Source: the human T2T-CHM13v2.0 reference genome, Homo sapiens. Taken from it: DNA of 64,000 bases. The notes below the pieces were generated by a model. The model was not told where the DNA came from. It worked only from the letters and a program-made list of their open reading frames with translations, and ran no database searches. Shown here one piece after another: positions 57,216-64,000 of the stretch (within the stretch, counting starts at the first letter, position 1; every line of letters starts with the position of its first letter). Position numbers and translations under genes: made by a program. The stretch lies in NCBI RefSeq assembly GCF_009914755.1, contig NC_060931.1; one strand, given 5' to 3'.

Positions 57216-57344
57216 ATCTCACTTCGATCTATACACTGGAGGATTAAAACAAACAAACAAAAAAAACATTTCCTTCGCTCCCCCTCCCTCTCCACTCTGA
57301 GAAGCAGAGGAGCCGCACGGCGAGGGGCCGCAGACCGTCTGGAA

Positions 57345-57402
57345 ATGCGAATCCTAAAGCGTTTCCTCGCTTGCATTCAGCTCCTCTGTGTTTGCCGCCT
57401 GG
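57345..57402 (+). CDS. PTPRZ1: PTPRZ1 exon 1 coding part (signal peptide, 19 codons + 1 nt, phase-1 intron follows)
   Basis: ATGCGAATCCTAAAGCGTTTCCTCGCTTGCATTCAGCTCCTCTGTGTTTGCCGCCTGG translates to MRILKRFLACIQLLCVCRL(D), the recognisable N-terminus of human PTPRZ1. It is followed by a consensus donor G|GTGAGT and lies in a CpG island. It is too short to appear in the ORF track. Confidence 0.97.
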
Positions 57403-57884
57403 GTGAGTGAGAAGAGCTCGGTGGGGTTTCAGCTCCGGGATCGGTGGGATGAGGGTGGGAGCATTTCAGCGTGTCCGCGACTTGCCGCCGCCGCCGCCAT
57501 CTAGCCAGGAGGAAAAAGGGACAGCCAACTGGGCTCCCACGGAGCGGGCGGCCGCGCGGTGCAGGCAGCTGCGTGGGATTTGCGCGCCCCCTCCCCGCCC
57601 CGCGCCCTCGCCCCTTCCATCGGCCCGCGGGCATTCGTGCCCCGGGCCCCAGGAGACGGAGCTACTGGAGACGGAGGGCTACTCGGATCCCTGCCGCCAC
57701 CGTTCTTCTCTCCTCTTTTGCAAAGTGTAGAAATCGCCTTTTAGATATACATAGGAAGATAAATGACCAGAAATACAGCTGTGGTGCGGGGCTGTGTACT
57801 GTACTGTCTTTTTTGCTGTTCATTTTTATGCTATAGGTATGATGGGCTTAAATGGAAAGTACACGTGTCTGGTGTGAATTGCAG

Positions 57885-57910
57885 ACACACACACACACAC
57901 ACACACACAC
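57885..57910 (+). repeat. (CA)n microsatellite, intron 1
   Basis: Direct read. Confidence 0.95.
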
Positions 57911-58899
57911 CTGAAAGGTAGTAACAGGCACAAGCACCAACCTGACTTTTCAGGGTTTTTTTTATTACTTTCAATTTAGTCATATTCAAGTCTGCGCAAT
58001 TACTTACAAAAAAAAAAGTTCCATCTAAATCTCTAGGTTTGGTCAGTGCTGCCAAAGTCAGAGGAGAGCTGCAGGTTGATATACTTATTCACAGATTTCA
58101 TTTTTCATCTGCACCCTCCAGGTTACATTTAAAACTGAAATTGCATTCAGCAATAGCCAGTTTAAGCATTCCCTTTACCTGCGATGCAGACTCAAGTTTT
58201 CCAGTCATTTTCGAGAAGTGCAAGATTGGACTTTTGCGTTTTATTAAAGAAATGCTTTTTTTCCTTCATGATTTTCCATCGCGATAGAATATAATGGGTT
58301 TACGCATTAACCTGAAAGTTACAAAGTGTTGTACTTCGCTTTGTGAGTACACATATTTAATTCTTTTCAGAGGCTCCCAATTTTTCAATTTTAGATGGTT
58401 CATAGTAGAGTAGATATTAAGCGTACATTTTCATCCAATAGATGGTGCTGCTCTTGGCACAGTAACCTTTACAAACAGAAACTATTTTTAAGTTCTAATA
58501 AATGAAAATTACATTGCAAATACGGTGATAATTGCCCATAGACCCCCACACACGGACATAATTTAAATTTCAAAGGCTTTATGAAAGTGCTTGGGGTGGT
58601 GTGATGCATAGTTGACACATAAGACATGCAAGGGAATCTCTGGTCTCCATTGATTCTAAAACCTTATAGTCAGTTCTGGAGAGGGGAAGACAGCTTTAAA
58701 AAGTACGTGGTCATCAAACATCTGTTGAATTCACATTTCTATTGTAGATCTATTTTAACAAAGAAGGCAGGTCCTCTTAGTAATTAAATTATGTAAGTAA
58801 ATATCACAGTAGCAAGGAAATAAACCAGAGAGTATTGCTTTGTATGTCTTCAAAACCACATGCCCAGAGCATGTTGCGGATCTCTTTGAAAAAAAAAAA

Positions 58900-59287
58900 A
58901 AGATAAAATTCACACATTATACAATTCATCTTTTTAAAATGGTCCAGTGGTTTTTAATATATTCGTGAAGTTGTGCAGCCATCACCACTAATTCCAGAAT
59001 GTTTTAATGACCCCAAAAAGAAACCCCATGTTCCTTAGCAGCCATTCCCCATTCTCCATGACCCCAGCTCCTAGCAACCACTAATCTACTTTCTGTCTCT
59101 ATAAATTTGCCTATCCTGGACATTTCATATAAATAGAATCATGCAACTTGTGGCCTTTTCTGTCTGTCTTTGTTCACTTGGCATAATGTTTTCAGTTTCA
59201 TCCATGTTATAGTATGTATAAGTACTTCATTCCTTTTTGTGGCTGAGTAATATTCCATTATGCCAATATACTAAATATATCACATTT
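58900..59287 (-). mobile_element. L1MB 3' end
   Basis: GTTGTGCAGCCATCACCACT...CCCAAAAAGAAACCCC...GCAACCACTAATCTACTTTCTGTCTCTATAAATTTGCCTATCCTGGACATTTCATATAAAT. Confidence 0.9.
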
Positions 59288-60924
59288 GCAAAGGTTTTTC
59301 TCTGTAAAGCATTATTTGTAGCCTATTTTTGGTTGTATAGTTTTCAGTTTGTTGGACATTTTCTTTAAGTCTTTGGTGATGTAAAATTTAAGTGTAAAGA
59401 ATTTAATTAACTTTTAAAGACTATCACAAGCTTATGTAATGCTACTGAATGTAAGCTTGCATTGGAACTCCAAGTGAGTTTTGTTGAGACTGGAAGGTGA
59501 CTACTTTTGTATTCCTCACCATTTTAACAAAGTTGGCCTTTTACACAGTTGCCAACAGGCTGACCTGGAGGCATTGGCAACATCAAGTAACATAAATATC
59601 TTGATCTTGGGGCAGCATGTTTTGAAAAAGTGAGGCACATTATCTTCAAATGAAAAAGTTAGGCTCCATTTCAATTATTTTTCACTCAGCACCTACTTCA
59701 GTGTTTGTGGATGCGTTTACCCCTCATCTTCAGTGTTCTTAGAGCCAATGAGGTAGCCTGACATATGTATTAAGTGCTCAGTAAGGGTCTGTCAACTGAC
59801 TAAAACTTGCTGTACAGGAGAAGAGCTCAATACAATTTGAACATTAGGCTGTCATTCTTACCATTATCCAGGAACAAGTTGTAGAGTTCACTAAGATATT
59901 GATTATTGGCAATTAAGAATGTCTTAGTGATCAGATCAGATCATTTTGTATCTAAAATGTCCTGATGTTTTGAACTGGACATAATAGACCAACTGCTTCT
60001 TTCAAATAACTTTCCAGACAAAAAATTTATCAGAATACATGAACCAAAACAAATTTTTCTTGACCCACTGAACAGGTGTATCTTATGGGAAAAACTACAG
60101 TGGCTTTCCTGTAAGGAGGCTTAACTATGAGTCATAGAGGAGAGGTAGATATTTTAAGAGCTTTTAAGGAATAATTTCTTCCAATTAATGAAGGAATTCA
60201 GGATCTTTGAATTAAGTGAATTATAGTGCTGCAAGGTACACTAAGTTCAAATGTTTAAGTATTATTATTAAATATGTAATGAATCAGATTCTGTACTTCT
60301 CAGTCACATCTTACTGCTTTAAGAGCCACATTAACAATAAATTATACCCAACTCCTCTGGAAGAATTAACTTCTTAATTTATGCTGGTTATAGAGTCTGA
60401 AATTCAATATGTTGTGACTCTCAGTTTGATCTATTTATCCTCTGAAAACAAATTGTAACCACATATAAAAAATATTCATGCCTTTTTCCCAAATAATAAC
60501 TAGCCTCTATTCAGAAAATTAATTCCTTTTCATTGCAGAGTTGCAATTTTCTTTATTTCATTTCTCTCTCCTTTTTACGTATACTGTGGTTGCTTCCAGT
60601 CAGGGAAGTTTGCCAGGAGAAATCATTTCATTGATGAATTCATTTCTACTCTCATGTCTGCACTAGAGATTCAAGATCTTGCTTAAAATTTTATGTTGTG
60701 GGAATTTTGCTTCTGGCAAAAATTCAGGTTTTTCTGGAAGCATAAGCTGCGTTTTCTCATTCCCTTTAACTCCGAAAAGATTTGAGTACTGTCTAAAGTG
60801 AGAGATTTGCTTGACCACCCATTTGCTGACCGTTCAGACTGTTGCATGGAAATGGAACCCCCTCAGTCAGGACCAGAAGATCTCAAAGGAAGGCATAATT
60901 AAGAAGATGAGCCTGTGTTTCATT

Positions 60925-61150
60925 TTCAGTTACCATCTGCTCAAGTGTCTACTAGGTGCAGTTTCAGCACTGAGCATTTTATGTACATTTTCTCATTTCA
61001 TTCTCCTCAAAACCCTTTGATATTGGTGTTTTCATCTTATACCTTTTACAAATGAGGGAACCCGGCACAGAGAACTCAGATAAGTTGCCTAACATCACAA
61101 ATCCTGATTCAGCCTGTGTATTCCTTCCCAATCCAGAGCCTGAGGCTTTT
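60925..61150 (-). mobile_element. MIR
   Basis: TCTCATTTCATTCTCCTCAAAACCCT...CCTTTTACAAATGAGGGAAC..GGCACAGAGA...TAAGTTGCCTAACATCACA. Confidence 0.8.
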
Positions 61151-61737
61151 CCTCTTTTCATTCCCAGGATCAATTTGCTGTTTGGCATTCACTAGCTTGC
61201 TTTCATGTGATGTGATGGTACATTTCACAGTCCCATTTGCTTTTCTGAGGATCCCTTTCATGATTTTGCCCATGTACTCTTGTATTACTTTTTTATCCTT
61301 TTTTGAAAATTAAGGCATAATTTACATTTTTACCATCTTGAAAGTTTTCACCGATGCATATGGTCATGTAGCAATCACTGTGATCCAGATACAGAATCGT
61401 TCCAGCCATGCTACTTTAACTACTCATTCACTAGATGTTCACTAAGTGCCCGACATCTGCAAGGCACCATGCTAGGCGCTGATAATTCAGCTATGCATCA
61501 ACATACAGAGACTTAAACTCATGATGCTCACAACCCAGTTAATCTGATTCAATCCCACAATGAAAACTTTCTTTAAATCTTGTTTTAAAGATACTTTTTC
61601 TGTTCACAACTAGTCGAAAATAAGTCTTTTCCAAATATCTCTTAATGTGTTGAATATGTTAACTCTCAAATACTTTAAAATGCTTCCTGCTCCATTAAGA
61701 ATTCCAATGGTAAAAGTCAGAGCCAATTTAAACAAGA

Positions 61738-61842
61738 GAGAGATATGTGTGTATATACATATATAAATGTATATATATGCATATACATAAAAGTGTATAT
61801 ATATATATGTGTTTGTGTATATATATATAAAATATATACATT
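61738..61842 (+). repeat. (TA)/(TG)-rich low-complexity tract
   Basis: Direct read. Confidence 0.88.
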
Positions 61843-62004
61843 TAAATTGTATTTCAACTTTTAGTGTCTTATTGAGATTAATTCCTAGAAGTAACTTCAG
61901 ATTACAAAAGGAAACCAATTTTTCTCTGTGTTTAAAGAAATTAAAGAAATTAAAGAAAGAAAAAATATCATATAGCACAATCTTAAAACACTTGTATTTT
62001 AGAA

Positions 62005-62197
62005 ATGTCCTGTTTAATACCATAGCCACTAGGCAGATGTAGCTATGTAATTTAAAATTTATTAAAATAAAACAATTCAGTTCCCTAATCACACCATCCA
62101 CATTTCAAGTGCTCAGTAATCTGTGTGGCTAGTGGCAATCACATGGGACAGTGCAGACATGGAACATCTCCATCTGGCAGTGTTGTTTTGGAACAAC
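62005..62197. mobile_element. MER3 hAT-Charlie MITE
   Basis: ATAGCCACTAGGCAGATGTAGCTA...CCACATTTCAAGTGCTCAGTA..TGTGGCTAGTGGC...GGACAGTGCAGACATGGAACATCTCCATC. Confidence 0.85.
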
Positions 62198-62479
62198 AAC
62201 AAAAAACGCTGGTAAAATAATGATTGATAGAACTCATGAGGAGTCATCAACTCAACTAGAAAAATTTCTAAAGTCATTGAAATTGTTTGAAGTGTTCGTG
62301 CATGTGAGTTAGTTATGGTTTGTGTTGTGTTAGCCTGCAAACATCCTAGAAACATGATGGGGCCTTTGGTAGAGCAGTAATAGGTGAAAAGAGTTCAGTG
62401 GCCACTTTGTAGCCTTTATGGACTGAGGTTGAACAGAAGAGATTAACTGCTGGTTCGGGAGTGAGTGCTCTGCTCCCAT

Positions 62480-62695
62480 AGTACATTTTCCATAATTTGT
62501 TCTGTTATCCACTGTATTGTTTTTCAATTTATCTGTCTCCTTGACTCGACCACATTATTTGAGGGTAAAGAATCCATTCTTACATTCATCATTCATTCAT
62601 TGTTAAATTCATTCATTGAAGAATTCAATGAAAAATTCAGTCAACATTGCATTCTTGAACTTAGCACTTACAGTAGGTGCCAATAAATCTTTAAT
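62480..62695 (+). mobile_element. L2 3' fragment
   Basis: TCTGTCTCCTTGACT...TTTGAGGGTAAAGA...CTTAGCAC.TACAGTAGGTGC.CAATAAAT. Confidence 0.6.
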
Positions 62696-63587
62696 GTATA
62701 AGGTTATAGAAAGATTGTACCATGAAGCTTCTTAGAAAAAAAAATAGTTGTTTGTTGTTGAGACTGGCCAATTTTCACTGGTCTTTCCCTCTTTTGATTA
62801 TGATCTCAGTCCGGGAGTAAGGTCAGCATTCACCTTGACCTGTCCATCTTTAATGTCACTTCTGGTACGCGAACTTCACTTTCACTGATTCTCCCAGAAA
62901 TACACGTAAGCATATAGGCATCCTCTATGAGGTTGGAGCTGTCATGAATGTGATTAATGCCTGTACAAGCATTACATAGATCCAGACACTATCTGTGCAT
63001 GGAAAATAAAGTTCCTGTGATTGATACTGAGTGTGTACTTACAGAAGCAGTCTTGAGTGAGCTTTTAATTCTAGAGGAGTTGGCACCAATGAGTTTTGGA
63101 TACATCCCAGGGGGCCAGAACATCAAGTCAGCTAGTGTGCCACTTTGTATGTGTACAAGTGCATGCGCCTGTGCTGCTCTGGTGTTGGGGAGGAGAGGGC
63201 AATGAGGGATGCAGGATGGTCAGTAATGAGTAAATAAAGTATCTTGAGCCCATGAACACTGTATTTTCAGTCAGCCAAAAGCTATCATATTGGTTTAAGT
63301 CTTCTCTAGTCAAGAAGGCCGTAAGAGATAGTGACACAAAACAGTTTTGAAAACCAGGCAAATGATGGGAAGTGCAGTTTTATCATGTGGATGTACGTGC
63401 TTTTGGAGTTTGTCAATAGTTTTATCATTAATCCTAGAGAGGATGTGCTACACAAGTTTAACTCTGCACATAGCAAATATTTGAACTGAGTTGAATTCAA
63501 ATGGAATGGGACATGGGATCAGTTAAAAATCTTCATAGGAGTCAAAAGCAGAAAAAAAGGAGATGATCTTTTGTTAGGATATTTGCT

Positions 63588-63770
63588 TTATTTTCTTCTC
63601 AACTACCTTCCTCCCTTCCTTTTTTCTTTCCCTCCTTCCTTCTATTTTTCCTTCCTTCCCCTTTCCTCCCTTCTTCCCTCCCTTCCTCCTTTTATCCTTC
63701 ATTCCTTTAATCCTTCCTTCTTTTCTTTTTCTTTTTTTGTTGCTATTTCCTCTTCAGCTTCACTTTCTTT
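63588..63770 (+). repeat. (CCTT/TTCC)n pyrimidine-rich tract
   Basis: Direct read. Confidence 0.9.
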
Positions 63771-64000
63771 TAGCATGAGTTTAAGATAATTAAATAAACT
63801 TAAGTTTGCTCAGCACCTTGATGAAAAGTTTGATAGGGAAGAGATTAATGCTATTTGAAACCATTAGTTAAAAATATTTTTACTGTGTTAATATCATTTG
63901 GGGGTCTTTGTAGTTAACAAAATTTTTAAAGTATGAGTTGGCAGATGTTTTTGCCTAAATATTCCAGTGTGGTAAAATGGGCTGATTGTCTTTGTTTTCC

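Larger units (their letters stand above)
57006..57344 (+). other. PTPRZ1: PTPRZ1 5' UTR (exon 1); start position approximate
   Basis: The leader CACACATACGCACGCACGATCTCACTTCGATCTATACACTGGAGG...CAGACCGTCTGGAAATG matches the PTPRZ1 mRNA leader as I recall it. The TSS is inferred from an initiator match, TCAGACC (YYANWYY), at 57004-57010. Confidence 0.8.
56750..57710. promoter_or_regulatory. CpG island / TATA-less core promoter of PTPRZ1
   Basis: Abrupt switch to very high GC and CpG density around exon 1. GC boxes (CCGCCC) near 56865 and 56923, EGR-type CGCCCCCGC at 56918-56926, Inr-like TCAGACC at 57004-57010. Confidence 0.92.
57403..64000 (+). other. PTPRZ1: PTPRZ1 intron 1 (5' part; continues beyond the window)
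   Basis: Donor GTGAGT at 57403-57408. No sequence encoding the next residues (DWANG...) is seen before the window ends. Confidence 0.93.

Noticed and set aside
56636-57247. 203-aa + strand ORF (and 185-aa minus-strand ORF 56643-57200) across the promoter
   Set aside because: The + ORF starts at GTG. Both run through a stop-poor CpG island and dinucleotide repeats (SLSLS/HTHT, VCVC/ETET) with no domain-like content. These are typical GC-rich chance ORFs.
57377-57836. Several 60-120 aa ORFs just downstream of exon 1
   Set aside because: Intronic CpG-island sequence past the splice donor; Arg/Pro/Gly-rich compositional artefacts

Overview
Primate (almost certainly human) genomic DNA: about 57 kb of repeat-rich, AT-rich sequence upstream of PTPRZ1 (receptor protein tyrosine phosphatase zeta / phosphacan, human 7q31), followed by its CpG-island promoter, 5' UTR, first coding exon (57345-57402, + strand, signal peptide MRILKRFLACIQLLCVCRL) and the first ~6.6 kb of intron 1. 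This is the only protein-coding sequence I can support. The ORF-track entries are chance ORFs in Alu, L1, LTR, low-complexity or GC-rich sequence. The rest is layered transposable elements (Alu J/S/Y, L1PA to L1M, L2, L3/CR1, HAL1, MIR, MaLR/ERVL LTRs, hAT MITEs) plus microsatellites. I found no novel multi-gene system. The observations most worth checking are: a decayed hAT transposase relic readable on the minus strand (~26.1-28.4 kb); two candidate NFI/SOX/E-box glial enhancers (~15.3 and ~16.2 kb); a single uORF, a compound microsatellite and a possible internal acceptor in the PTPRZ1 leader; a young AluYg6-like insertion; and an ancient twin-primed L1 inside a nest of insertions. Repeat subfamily names come from recalled consensus sequences and their boundaries are approximate unless a TSD is given.
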